Shown: positions 1 through 13,237, numbered from the stretch's first letter. The stretch is DNA of 36,098 nt from Ginkgo biloba (GCA_024626585.2 JANKJI020000002.1:31773873-31809970); one strand, 5' to 3'. Notes: generated from the sequence alone by a model not told the origin. Translations and numbers: made by a program.

Positions 1-479
1 TTAGTAGTGACGATCATTAACTGCATCTATAAGTTCATCGATTGATTCCAACTTTAGCCCCATTTCAAGTACCAACAATGCCAACCCATTTTAGTCCAAG
101 GCATGAGTTATCTATTATATAGACCTATCACATTGTATTCAAAGATCTAATAAGCTCACCCAAGATTTATTTTCTAAAGCATGTCATCCCACAAGATCAA
201 ATAATGATGACAACGCAAATAACTAACTCGAAATAAACCAATATAATATAGAAACTATTAGAAAATAATTGCAATCTACTCATTCATTCATGTTCACTTA
301 ATATATATAATTATTTTATGCATTACTAGTGCCTGGTTGATAGTTATAATTCATTGGCATGCCCTAACTATTGGTCAATAGGGTCTACAATGTGGACAGA
401 TGTCGATGTCGGCATCAACCCAAAACGAAGGTTAATAATTGTCCTTTAAAATTGTTGAAATATCTTATGACTCATTAAA

Positions 480-1677
480 TTTATCATGTGCCCCTTTGAA
501 TTTTTAATTTTATAGAAAAAATTATTTTATAACTAATGGTGAATATCTGTATAGTGCCACAAATAGGGACATCTTCATTGTTGTGTGATATGTTGTATTA
601 TACCAGTACTCTACTTGATGTAACCAATTCATACACTTATTCTTCTTATCTCTGATGTATGCCTGAAGATAAGAGGCGCATATTTACTAGTTCTTTCTAA
701 CCATCATTTTGAGGATGACAAGTCATGATCATGTTAAAGGTCATACCTATTAGTTAGAACAACTCTTAAAAAAAATTACATATATACCTCATATCATATT
801 CACAAAATATTTTCTTTTGGAATCCATGATGCCAATGTACCTCTAGCTTAAAGGAATCAAATACTTGTGGCACTTTATATGTTGTAATTAGTATAAATGC
901 ACATACTTAGTGAGGTAATCTACTATCATAAATATGGTATCCTTTCCTTCTAACTTTAGAAGCCTTGTGATAAATTCCATTGATATTTATTACTATTTTC
1001 TATTTAGAATATTCGAGGGTTATAACTTACCTAGTAATATAATTTTTTTTTTGGTTTTGTTTCTTTCAGTCTTTAGCATACGCCACAATTTGCTACAAAC
1101 TTGAAAATGTCCTTTTTCATCTTGGGCCGATAGAATATTGCATTGATATTATGGTACATCTTCATATATCCAATATGCCCAATTGATGGTGATGTATAAC
1201 ATTGCTAGAGTACTTTTTCAATTAATTGTGATCATTTATTTAACTAAACATGATTTTTATAAAAATAGTATCATTTCCTAAGGTCCATTTTTTTTCTTTC
1301 TTGTTATTTTGGATATATTGTCAAGCAACTTGGTGTCAATATGTTTAACGTAATCTTGGTTGACTTCATTTATCCAACGAGGCTTGATTGTTAATATAAA
1401 TGCAAGGGAGGCATCTTCATACTTTCTTGATAATGTGTTAGACATGACATTTCCTTTATACTTTTTGTAAATCATGTTAAAATCAAAAGCTAGAATTTTA
1501 TAAATCAATTTCTTTTATTCATAGGTTAGAGTTTCTTGCTAAAGATTTTACCTTAAATTTATTGTCAAGTAGACATTGTCCCTATTTTGTGAGGACATTC
1601 ATGATCACCAACATTTATTTATTATTTATTCACATGCTTCTTTCATCTTCATTTGATTTTCTACTTTCAAATATAAN
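480..1677 (-). mobile_element. Decayed Ty3/gypsy pol fragment (RNase H end, integrase zinc finger and core)
   Basis: Minus-strand translation gives IYKILAFDFNMIYKKYKGNVMSNTLSRK (cf. gypsy RNase H end YDF.I.YKKGK.NVVADALSR). It continues YTSPSIGHIGYMKMYHNINAIFYRPKMKKDIFKFVANCGVC* (HHCC zinc finger, first His mutated to Tyr) and ISMEFITRLLKLEGKDTIFMIVDYLTKYVHL (cf. ISMDFITGLPKS.GKD.IFVVVDRLTKYAHF). RH-before-INT order indicates gypsy. Many stops and frameshifts; boundaries approximate. Confidence 0.88.
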
Positions 1678-3703
1678 NNNNNNNNNTTTCTTGCATTAAC
1701 ACAACACAAATTCCCATTATTAAGTCATCACATTCTAGTTTGATACAATAAAAAAAAAAAACTAATGCTGCAAAAACTAGTATAGTATCACAATTCTTTT
1801 TAGTTCTTAGAATACTCAAGTCATCAAACCACTCCACTTAACGGGTTACTATTTTATAAGGTATGTTAGTGGTGATGAAATTGTTAAGTAGAGGAGCACA
1901 AATTTTCATTAAAACCCCAAAAGTCCAATGAANNNNNNNNNNNNNNNNNNNNNNNNNNNNNNNNNNNNNNNNNNNNNNNNNNNNNNNNNNNNNNNNNNNN
2001 NNNNNNNNNNNNNNNNNNNNNNNNNNNNNNNNTTCATATGGTTCAATGAACCTATTAAATCATGGTGCTTTAAGTTGTAACATGTGTTATTCTATTTCCT
2101 CTACCTACATGTGGCGGTGTTGGTGGTAGTCACTGTGTAGTGGTTACTTATTATTCTTGCATGTTTATTCGAGCTAACTTCTTTTGATACCTTGAAACTC
2201 ATTCAAAACTAATTGGACTCTTTCCTTGAGCACTTTTATGTTTGTGGCATGTTCCTTCTATGTGTGTTCAATGGGTGTCATCCTAATCTTCTTTATGTAT
2301 GGGTCAATATCAACATGCAAATTGTTTGTCATAGTAGTTTCACAAGTGATTAGTACGAATACATATAATAATATTTCACAAATAAATCACAACACATAAC
2401 TCCATGCAAAATTTGATATGAACTTGAAAATATACAAAATATCATAGTGTTAGTCTTTGCTAGTCAAAATAGTTAATAGAAAGTCAAGATCACATACATT
2501 TCATAATTATGATTCTGAAGATGTTGAAAGAACTTGTCTCGAGAGCACTTAGAAATTGAAGATGTCACTTGATGATGAAATAAAGTTGGAAACTAGGTGT
2601 TACATCTTGCACCATGTTGCTCCTAAGGTGGTTGAGGTTACAAACTTAACCCTAGATATCCCTAGGTTCCTTTGAACTCCAGAGCCCTTNNNNNNNNNNN
2701 NNNNNNNNNNNNNNNNNNNNNNNNNNNNNNNNNNNNNNNNNNNNNNNNNNNNNNNNNNNNNNNNNNNNNNNNNNNNNNNNNNNNNNNNNGTACAAATCAA
2801 TGAGTTCCCCTCGTATGTAAATACTTACGTGATCTATAAATAGTAAAATGGCAACTTTGAACCCCCACAATAAATTGGATATAACTTTGTCGTGCAAACA
2901 CAAACTCTAAAATTGTAAGATGTTTCCAAAAAAAATTTTGATGGGACCTTTAATTATACAAGTGGAAGCTTGAATATGCACCTAAAGACATACCTCACAC
3001 AGCCCAATTAGTCAAATTTGAGAAACTAGAACTCTAGAATGGTTAGAGTGGTAAAGAGTTAATGTTTTCACCATCGTAAGCAAGGTTCAAGACTTAGGAG
3101 TACATATTTGAGCTCCATGTGTTACGTATCACTATATTGAGAGCAATTATTGAATCATTTCCTCAAAAGAAAATAAGAAACTAGAAGTAAAAAACTTTCC
3201 CATAATAACGTTATAGAGTTGAGAGATAGATTGTTAGACATAAAAGATAGGAAACCTATTGGGATGCATAGATAACCTTAGAAGCTCAATATTTTGTATT
3301 TGTATCTTCCTAAAGAGTTCTTTGTGAAAAATGTTAGGTCAAATAATTCCTTTGAAATAAATAAACAATTCCCATATACAAAAAACTCTAGTAATAAGCA
3401 ACTAAAAACACTTGGACCTCTAACGTTATGCAAAATTTTCCAAGGGCATAAATTCATGAGAATCAAAATGATAACAACAATAAATTTTCAACAACCTAGC
3501 TTTCTCCATTTAACCTTTGCAAAAATGAAGTTGTGGTGATGTTAATAAAATAACCCATGCACTGAGAAATAACTTATGTATCAAGTCTAAAATAATAGTG
3601 AAAATAACATGCACATGTGAATGAAAAAGCTAAAATGATAAAATCAATGAATGAAATGTATCCTAATCCAAGATTGGTTTGCATGCACGAGCACACATGT
3701 CAT

Positions 3704-3988
3704 AATGGCTATAATTATAAATGAATCTTGATTTTTCATTAATTTAAATATTTATTTTTAAATATTTGCTTATGGTTGGGAAATGCTCATGTATTTTGTC
3801 TTGTCAAAGTTGTTTTCATTTGTTTTAGATGAAATGAACCATGTTGCAAATATTTAAATTGACCTTTGATATTGAAACCAATTGACAATTTTATATTTTG
3901 TTTTACACAACATCTAGACACGTTCAGGTACTTTCTTCTAAACCTACCAATCTAACATCAAATTGAACAAGGCATGTTCATTGACTAG
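3704..3988. repeat. Dispersed repeat copy A (inverted relative to 9479-9756)
   Basis: Collinear blocks such as GTTGGGAAATGCT, GTCAAAGTTGTTTT, CCATGTTGCAAA, AAACCAATTGACAAT and AACATCAAATT match the reverse complement of 9479-9756, with scattered substitutions. Confidence 0.85.
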
Positions 3989-4064
3989 CCATGCAATGTC
4001 TTGGATAACTCTGAATCCATTTTGGCTTGATGGTTGCCAAGCCCTACTACTTGTCATTTATATC

Positions 4065-4370
4065 CCATTGCCAGAGTATTTGGGCAGTGTCGATGAAAAT
4101 CCAAGTGACCACATATAGGCTTACCTCAAATCCTATGCTACTCTCAGAGTGCCCTTATAACAAATCGTCATGCAATTATTTTATTGCACTCTTATAGGCA
4201 ATCATTAAATGGTATCGATCACTTTTCTATAATTCAAACTCATATTACGATGATTTGAGCGTCACTTTCATGAAATAATTTACTATCAAAGTCAATGTCA
4301 CTAAAGTGCTACAAGATTTTACCAATATCAACCAACTTCCTAACAATTTAGTGAGATATGCCACCACCGA
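4065..4370 (+). mobile_element. Decayed LTR-retrotransposon gag remnant
   Basis: PLPEYLGSVDENPSDHI*AYLKSYATLRVPL*QIVMQLFYCTLIG, then after a frameshift IKWYRSLFYNSNSYYDDLSVTFMK*F. This resembles the retrotransposon gag pattern LP.F.G...P..H...F......RLF..TL.G.A..WY.SL...SI....DL...F...F. Confidence 0.65.
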
Positions 4371-6896
4371 AGTCATTAAATTAGAAGTTGATTGATTTGA
4401 AATCCCTCATCAAGCAAAAGGGAAAAGCATGCTAAGAAATAGTGTTAGAGAATTTATGAAAATAGCGATATCTTGTTCTAACTTGAACAATAATATAGAT
4501 AATTTGGGATTATAATAAATATAATTCTCAACATGAGCAAGACATGTATTCTTTGAAAATAAAATGTTGAAAATCAACTATGAAACCTGCACAAATGGGC
4601 TACAGGCCATGGCTACAAATCCCAACAATGTGGGAGGAACCCAAAAGGACTTTCAGAACCAAAAAGGATAGAGAGTGAAAGAGAGCCATTAAGGCTCATT
4701 ACATTTATGAAAAACTACACTTGGTAGTTACATTACAAGAATATGTTACATGCATGTCACATACAATAATGAAAGGAATCTATTATGCCTATGATTCCAA
4801 ACATAGACCATTTTATTTTAAAAAAATGAAAATAAAATCACATGGTTTCTACTCCAAATGGGAGTGAGATAAAGACATTGATCCATGTGTCAACAATAGA
4901 ATTTTTGGGTTGGTCAAACTTCGAACTAATCCCTACCCATTCTCTAATCCTAAAGACCACTATGCATAGATCACCCAAGCTAACTTAATAATTTTCTAGA
5001 TACTTGTTTCTTCTCGCCAAATTAGTCTAACTTTCTTGATGAGCTTAGAACCCTTCTAGTGAAGCATACACCCATGCTTCAAGTGTAAGAAAAAGAATCC
5101 ACTTTTCTCACTAGTATTAAAGGATGTCAGAAATACCATATTCAAGATGTAACAATCTCGCCTCTTAAACCTGCATGCTAACAATATTAAATGTTGTGAC
5201 AAAGATAAGTCATCAGAGAATAAATGCATAAAGAAATATTTGTTTGCAAACAGACTATTCAACAAGAAGTCATCATAGTCGATGAAGGTCCACTGAGAAT
5301 TAAGAACATTGTTGTTGCTCTCACCAACAGTTGTGTTAGAGATGCTTGTGGTGGTTCTTCATTGACAGTGATGACTGAGTTTGTAATTATCATGCATAAC
5401 TAATACACAACAGACAATATTCACCATTACACAGACATCAAAAATAAGGGAACAGAGCTTTGTTATTATGTTGCTTCTGAGTACAAGAGATGATTGCATA
5501 AAAATGATGTGATCATTGCTACCTAGTTGAGCATACAATATATAAGATGTCAAAGGTTACAATACACAAGAGGGCATTGTTCAATTGAAGAGGTGTGCCT
5601 CATTTTTACTATCTAACAACTCTTTTAGTGTTCCTTAATAACCGGCAAACTAATCTATAACAAATGGGTTATTCATCTCCACGAATAAGCAAGGGGTTGA
5701 CGACGAACGAGTAATGACTGCTNNNNNNNNNNNNNNNNNNNNNNNNNNNNNNNNNNNNNNNNNNNNNNNNNNNNNNNNNNNNNNNNNNNNNNNNNNNNNN
5801 NNNNNNNNNNNNNNNNNNNNNNGGTCTTACTTTCCCAAAGCCATCTACAAGCTTACTATCACACTACCTCAATGGGTCTTACGTGTGCAAACTTGGACAT
5901 TGTGTCCATACATCTTCTATATCGGTTAGTAATATTTGCCAAATTAATGGAATACCTACAACCTACTTAATTCCTACCACTAAGACAAGAATTTCATGTA
6001 CTTGATACTGAAGTTATAGGCATTCACGATTAATATAGCATAAATGGTTCCTAATAAACACTGAGATTCCTTACATTTAAATCATCTCACGTAGCTTTTT
6101 AGAGATAAGATTTGACAATAAGTCTTACTTTGCCTATATTTTTTTTATAGAACATCATTAGGCTATGTTGCCCGTGTTTATATCCTGTAGTTCACTTGCC
6201 GCCAAACAACATTACTTCGTTGGGGTATTTCATGCAACACTTAACATGCACCCTGCTTTGCAAAACTAATAGATGCCAATTGTCCATTTAATGGATAGTA
6301 TATGACCATCCATGATAGTCAAAGATAAGTTTTTCTAGTTGTAACTTAATCCGAGCAATACTATCGCATCCACTACTACACATGTCCAAAAAAATAAAAG
6401 GAGATAGTAAAGGGTATACCACTGCTAATCCTTATTAGCTAACTATACGCTTGGTACTAATTGTAAAGAGAAATAAAGAAAAAAAATCTTGCCCATGCAT
6501 GCAGGAAAGCTCTTCCTTTCTTCACTTAAAAAAGATGTGGGGCAAAGTCATGGGCAACTCTAATGGATTCCCCTTATTTTGTTTGAAAAAAAATAACCTA
6601 ATTTCTTCGTGATAGCCATTTTTATCATCTTCAACCCTTACATCTCGATTGAGATGAATGTTGCTCACAGAATAATGCACTAGCATCTATTTACCAAGAA
6701 TGGCCACAAATACTGACACTATAGGAAAGGGACTATTACCCATTGTTGACAAGGAGGAAACCCAACAACGAAGCCTTACACACAAACCTCTTAAACCTCA
6801 TAATACACCTGCATTTATCAACATAGGTTTACACAATATGATAAGCAATCCTTGGCCAATATACTCCTCTACATTTTCCCAAACCTGCAATCTACG

Positions 6897-6908
6897 ACTT
6901 TGATACCA
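6897..6908 (-). mobile_element. Primer-binding-site-like motif (tRNA-Met type) of an LTR retrotransposon
   Basis: Minus strand reads ...ATATCATAAA-TGGTATCAAAGT, close to the canonical TGGTATCAGAGC and a few bases after a CA. The putative LTR runs into the large N gap. Confidence 0.4.
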
Positions 6909-8469
6909 TTTATGATATGAAATTCCTCATCAACCACAAGGTGGAAGCATGGTAAAAAATTATTATTAGNNNNNNNNNNNNNNNNNNNNNNNNNNNNNNN
7001 NNNNNNNNNNNNNNNNNNNNNNNNNNNNNNNNNNNNNNNNNNNNNNNNNNNNNNNNNNNNNNNNNNNNNNNNNNNNNNNNNNNNNNNNNNNNNNNNNNNN
7101 NNNNNNNNNNNNNNNNNNNNNNNNNNNNNNNNNNNNNNNNNNNNNNNNNNNNNNNNNNNNNNNNNNNNNNNNNNNNNNNNNNNNNNNNNNNNNNNNNNNN
7201 NNNNNNNNNNNNNNNNNNNNNNNNNNNNNNNNNNNNNNNNNNNNNNNNNNNNNNNNNNNNNNNNNNNNNNNNNNNNNNNNNNNNNNNNNNNNNNNNNNNN
7301 NNNNNNNNNNNNNNNNNNNNNNNNNNNNNNNNNNNNNNNNNNNNNNNNNNNNNNNNNNNNNNNNNNNNNNNNNNNNNNNNNNNNNNNNNNNNNNNNNNNN
7401 NNNNNNNNNNNNNNNNNNNNNNNNNNNNNNNNNNNNNNNNNNNNNNNNNNNNNNNNNNNNNNNNNNNNNNNNNNNNNNNNNNNNNNNNNNNNNNNNNNNN
7501 NNNNNNNNNNNNNNNNNNNNNNNNNNNNNNNNNNNNNNNNNNNNNNNNNNNNNNNNNNNNNNNNNNNNNNNNNNNNNNNNNNNNNNNNNNNNNNNNNNNN
7601 NNNNNNNNNNNNNNNNNNNNNNNNNNNNNNNNNNNNNNNNNNNNNNNNNNNNNNNNNNNNNNNNNNNNNNNNNNNNNNNNNNNNNNNNNNNNNNNNNNNN
7701 NNNNNNNNNNNNNNNNNNNNNNNNNNNNNNNNNNNNNNNNNNNNNNNNNNNNNNNNNNNNNNNNNNNNNNNNNNNNNNNNNNNNNNNNNNNNNNNNNNNN
7801 NNNNNNNNNNNNNNNNNNNNNNNNNNNNNNNNNNNNNNNNNNNNNNNNNNNNNNNNNNNNNNNNNNNNNNNNNNNNNNNNNNNNNNNNNNNNNNNNNNNN
7901 NNNNNNNNNNNNNNNNNNNNNNNNNNNNNNNNNNNNTGAAAGTCTTAACCCCAATTTAGAAAGTGGTATGAGCATATGATAAAACAATAATTCCATGTTG
8001 GCAAATGGGTGCTTTCACTAATCCCTTTTCTATGGAAGACAAATCCTCCTATCAAGTAGAAGGTGGGATTAGATATCCAAGTGATAATGATGGCAATGTT
8101 GATTGTGCTATATACACTCTATCACAAATTATCCAAAACTCTTAACAACCATCTTCTTCTATTGTTCCTACAAAAGATAATAAGGGAAAAATCCCATCAC
8201 TCTTTCTAATAATCTAAAAGTATAAAGTTCATCTTAGCCAATGCCTAAATGGAAGTTAAAACCCTAGCTAATACATGTGTTGCCTCCTATCATTAGTGTC
8301 TTGGGTCCTATGACATCATCAAAGACGTGTAATAGTATCCAACAAATAAAAGTCTTCTCGATGCCCTTCAAACTCATCAGTAAACGGATAACCTGCTCAA
8401 AATATTAGTGTAATTGAAAGTTATTACTACTTCTTAATCCACCAACAATGAACACCATGACTAAAAGAA

Positions 8470-8762
8470 CCCCCTTTTTATATTTCAATAAGAATTAATG
8501 CATTGAATTAAGTAGCTATCCTATAGATATTGGGGTAAGCCATAGTGTTATGCCCCAAGCATAATAAAGAAGCTAAACCTAAAGATAATTGAATCCCAAC
8601 ATGATAACCTAGATGGATTCAACAGTCATGGAATCAATCCTTTAGGCCAAATTAAGGATGTTTGTGTCTTTATCAAACATCTCAACCTCCAAGTCATACT
8701 GACTTTCATCATTATTAATGCCCTGCTATTTATGCAATCCTTACGGGTAGACTTTGGATCAA
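8470..8762 (+). mobile_element. Decayed Ty3/gypsy aspartic protease (retropepsin) remnant
   Basis: Across frameshifts: PPFYISIRINAL / LSSYPIDIGVSHSVMP (degenerate catalytic D[S/T]G motif, cf. CLLDSGASHNVMP) / IIKKLNLKI...NPLGQIKDV / YAILTGRLWI (cf. Y..ILGRPW). Confidence 0.72.
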
Positions 8763-9237
8763 CTATTACAAAGTCAAATACTAGTATACATTGCAAAATC
8801 TTAACTATTTCAAATTGTAGGTTGTCAATAGAGATTATCCATGGAGAAGCCCACAAACCTCATCTATTTTGCTCCCTCCTTGAGAATGTTTATCCATTTG
8901 TTAATCCTAGCTTGGTACCTATGCTCCCTTTGAGCAATTATACATTGAATCTTCACCCTACTTATGGACTAAGAACCCAGAGACCATTTGTAGAACATGA
9001 CTTCTGACAATGTTAGGAATCAGAGTAGTGAGGGGATTAGATTTATTCTTAGAAATGAATTGCACTTGGTCTTTTACTTCAATGTCAAACTCATATTCTC
9101 TTATACAAACAATCTAATTGAATATAAAACCTTGATCATTGATCTAAAGAAGACTAGAATTAAAGCTAGCTAATCTCCAAGTATTTTGTGATATTGAACT
9201 AATAATTCTACAAATAAATAAGACATATCAACCCAAG

Positions 9238-10018
9238 AATACTTGATTCAAGCAATACTAGGATCTAGTAGGAAGCCTCATCCAACATTTTGATCACTTT
9301 GAAATCTCTTTCATCCCATGATATCAAAACACTAATGTTAATGGCCTTCTAGTTTATGCATCTCTATCTAGACCAGATCTTCTTGCATTGAGTAAGTCCT
9401 ATCCTATCAAGATCTGATACCATCCCTTTATTCCTGATAATGAGGAATTCTAGTAGGTTTTTTATAATGAAAAGAATACTAGGCGATGAACACACCTTGT
9501 TAAATTTGATGTTGGATGGATAGGTTCAAAAGAAAGCTCCTAAATGCATCTAGGTGTTGTTTGAAAAAACATTACATTGTCAATTGGTTTGCATATGAGA
9601 GGTCAATTTGAATGTTTGCAACATGGTCCATTTCATATAAAACATAAAAAACAACTTTGACATGACAATATACATAAGCATTTCCCAACTACAAATAAAT
9701 ATTTAAATGAGAAAATTTAATCAAATATATGAAGTTTAATTCTTATTATAGTCATTTCTAATCATGTTTTTTTATCATAATGGCCAATATTGTTTTGAAG
9801 TTATCGCCATATATTTTCATGTCGCTATGAGTACCTCTATACCCTTGATAATGAGATAAGAGTGATGAATAGACCCAAACAAAGGGGAAGAAAAAGGATT
9901 TTGACTTCCAAAGATTAAATAATACTATAGCCTCGAAGAAAAAGTGCATCTTTTTAGCATCTTAAACAATACTTGATTCAAGCAATACTAGGATCTAGTA
10001 AGAAGCCTCATCCAACAT
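9238..10018 (+). repeat. 51-bp direct repeat pair (9238-9288 and 9968-10018)
   Basis: AATACTTGATTCAAGCAATACTAGGATCTAGTA[G/A]GAAGCCTCATCCAACAT occurs twice, 730 bp apart, with one mismatch. The second copy ends exactly at the N gap. Confidence 0.9.
9479..9756. repeat. Dispersed repeat copy B (inverted relative to 3704-3988)
   Basis: Its reverse complement aligns collinearly with 3704-3988. Confidence 0.85.
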
Positions 10019-12889
10019 NNNNNNNNNNNNNNNNNNNNNNNNNNNNNNNNNNNNNNNNNNNNNNNNNNNNNNNNNNNNNNNNNNNNNNNNNNNNNNNNNN
10101 NNNNNNNNNNNNNNNNNNNNNNNNNNNNNNNNNNNNNNNNNNNNNNNNNNNNNNNNNNNNNNNNNNNNNNNNNNNNNNNNNNNNNNNNNNNNNNNNNNNN
10201 NNNNNNNNNNNNNNNNNNNNNNNNNNNNNNNNNNNNNNNNNNNNNNNNNNNNNNNNNNNNNNNNNNNNNNNNNNNNNNNNNNNNNNNNNNNNNNNNNNNN
10301 NNNNNNNNNNNNNNNNNNNNNNNNNNNNNNNNNNNNNNNNNNNNNNNNNNNNNNNNNNNNNNNNNNNNNNNNNNNNNNNNNNNNNNNNNNNNNNNNNNNN
10401 NNNNNNNNNNNNNNNNNNNNNNNNNNNNNNNNNNNNNNNNNNNNNNNNNNNNNNNNNNNNNNNNNNNNNNNNNNNNNNNNNNNNNNNNNNNNNNNNNNNN
10501 NNNNNNNNNNNNNNNNNNNNNNNNNNNNNNNNNNNNNNNNNNNNNNNNNNNNNNNNNNNNNNNNNNNNNNNNNNNNNNNNNNNNNNNNNNNNNNNNNNNN
10601 NNNNNNNNNNNNNNNNNNNNNNNNNNNNNNNNNNNNNNNNNNNNNNNNNNNNNNNNNNNNNNNNNNNNNNNNNNNNNNNNNNNNNNNNNNNNNNNNNNTT
10701 AAACAAGAGACTTATTGCACAAGTGTCTTCCCATACATTTATGGTATAATCCTTTTGATCATTTACATATAGACTTCACTAATGAGATGATATATCTTTT
10801 TTTCATTTAATGCATTTACCTTCGACAAAAAAAAATTCCCAACCACCAAGTGTTCACCTGTTTTGTAACACTTTGATTTTGCCAAGGCTTATAATTTTAC
10901 TAAATTTTGCTTGTATTTGGAGACACTATCCATTGATTCCAAAATTCCATTAGCTTTGCTATTCCTGTGACTCTAACTAGCCAAAAATAGCTTTTTATGG
11001 GAAGAAACAGGAACAAACCTTTCCCTGCTCAGAATGTTGTTTTAGTCAGAAATGAAAACAACAAAGTGTATTTATTATGCCCCAATGAAAATGCACACTT
11101 CATCATACAAAAATGAAAACGCTAAAACACAGACAATGCAGCCTTACAATAAGAGGTCAAGCAAACATCTTGTGTCTAAAATCCTCCAATGCTAAATTAT
11201 TTGAGGTTGCTTGAGAACAAGAAAATGAAAGCTAACTAATTAATGGAGAATGAAAAACTCTAAAATGGACAGTTCACCAATAAAAATCTAATATTAGTGC
11301 CAATTCATTTACTCGTAATGCTTGCAAGTTTCCTCAAAAACACTGACAACCAGTAATCCTCGACTTTAATCTCCCCACATACAAACATTAGACCCAATAC
11401 CCTTGAGAAGAACAAAAGTCTTAAAGTTACACATCATCCACCTGACACAATAATAAAACATATGCTAATTAAATGCATTTCTTCCTAATAATTACAAATA
11501 AGTGGGAGTCCGAAGATATAAAAATATATGCAAATATACCACTATGATGCTGTAGTTTGCAAGGTTCAGTAAACAAACTGAGCCCAGGTCCAGGTTCTTG
11601 GGTTCTAAAAACAGGTCACACCACTATTAAAACCCTAAGGTGATGAACCATAAGGGTCTTCCATAAGCTACAATTAGAGTTTATTAGCCATACAAAAAAA
11701 CTGCATTCAACATGATTCTACTTTCTTCATTCATTTTAAGACTTCCACTCTTGCTGCATATTTTCAGATATTAGAACTAGTGGGAAATCAGGTTTATTGG
11801 AGGCTTTCAGATAAACTTGAAATTGATTCTATAAACAATTCTAGCACTTCCACTCCCTCAAACGAAAACAAATGCTGCACCACCCATAATTTCAAAGATG
11901 TGTATCCAAGGACCGCATCCACACCTTAAGAACTGGCACCTTCACCTGCACCTACATCCACAAACCCTGTAAAGTGGAGATAATAATAAAATTCTGAAAT
12001 TGAAATGGAATTCNNNNNNNNNNNNNNNNNNNNNNNNNNNNNNNNNNNNNNNNNNNNNNNNNNNNNNNNNNNNNNNNNNNNNNNNNNNNNNNNNNNNNNN
12101 NNNNNNNNNNNNNNNNNNNNNNNNNNNNNNNNNNNNNNNNNNNNNNNNNNNNNNNNNNNNNNNNNNNNNNNNNNNNNNNGAGAGAATAATTCCTGAAACT
12201 GCTTCAAAACATTGATTAGAATATTTGTGTAACACTCCCTTATACAAGGGATAATCAAAATCAGCGCTATATTGCAGCTTAGAATATTACAAGTGAATAA
12301 TTAGCATGTTATTTGAAGAATTATGGATGATTATTTGAAGATTACTGCCTGACTACCACTGTTTATCCTCTTATGAAAAATATACTGCCAAAAGCTAGAC
12401 ATCATTCCAGCAACAATATGCACAAGTAATGCACGTAAAACACAAATTGTACACAAAATTGGTAGAGCAATTATTGCATGTTGCCCAGGAATGAGCTTTA
12501 TGAGGTTCACGAAACTGGGAAACTACAGAAGAGAAACCTCACTTACTATTATTGAGCAACTAATTTACATTAAATAGAGCAAACTAAAACCTTCTGATCT
12601 GTTGATTGCATGTTGCCTTTCCCTACTTTCCAGGTCAAGGAGGTATAAGCAACTACATTTGTACAAAATATTCATACCAAGACTTACTTTGGAACCGGAA
12701 AACCGTAATATGATTGATAGACCCATAAAAATCTGCTATCAACATGGTGTCCTAAACCTAAACAGCACAAAAACGAGGATGGATAACGGATGGTCAAGAA
12801 ATTCATCGCAACCCCCTTTGTCAAAATCAAAATAAGAAATAGAGATTCCAGTCCCTAAAATATGAAATTCAAGGTGCAGAAGAGCCAGT

Positions 12890-13138
12890 CTAAGATGTAG
12901 CATCCGTCAGTGGCTTTCCACGACCCATGGTGAAACCCCGTGTTCCATCTGGCATTCTTGGTCCTGGCAGTTGCTTGCCTAGAGCTTCATTTGTAATAGA
13001 ACTGCTAGATTGTGTAGGAGTGCCAACTGGATAACCACGCCCATTATGATGCTGGCCACGTCCACGAGCTCTTCCTCGTCCTCGGCCCCAGCCTCTTCTT
13101 CCTCCTACCTCTTTATCATTAGAAGGATGTTCATCACC
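12890..13138 (-). CDS. LARP6: La-related protein 6, terminal coding exon (RG-rich tract and LSA/SUZ-C motif)
   Basis: Acceptor TTGTTACAG|GGT at 13139/13138; 83 codons including TAG at 12892-12890. Translation: GDEHPSNDKEVGGRRGWGRGRGRARGRGQHHNGRG...KQLPGPRMPDGTRGFTMGRGKPLTDATS*. PGPRMPDGTRGFxMGRG is the diagnostic C-terminal motif of LARP6 proteins. Confidence 0.95.
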   Translation of the reverse strand, partial: GDEHPSNDKEVGGRRGWGRGRGRARGRGQHHNGRGYPVGTPTQSSSSITNEALGKQLPGPRMPDGTRGFTMGRGKPLTDATS

Positions 13139-13237
13139 CTGTAACAAAGAAAGTCCATCAGTGCACTGAGAATCCATAGTAAAACGTAAATTCTTAAAAA
13201 ATAGAACACTAACTTAAGGAACAGAGAAAAAACGCAC

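Noticed and set aside
7964-7974. TGGTATGAGC as a plus-strand PBS
   Set aside because: Needs a 2-nt deletion to match the tRNA-Met PBS and has no adjacent CA LTR terminus.
6869-10749. Long ORFs of 232-375 aa in the ORF track
   Set aside because: They consist almost entirely of X residues from N gaps and are artefacts. The same applies to the other gap-spanning ORFs.
12890-13177. 95-aa ORF as a standalone small gene
   Set aside because: Its ATG lies in the 99-nt intron; the coding part is the spliced last exon of LARP6, starting at 13138.
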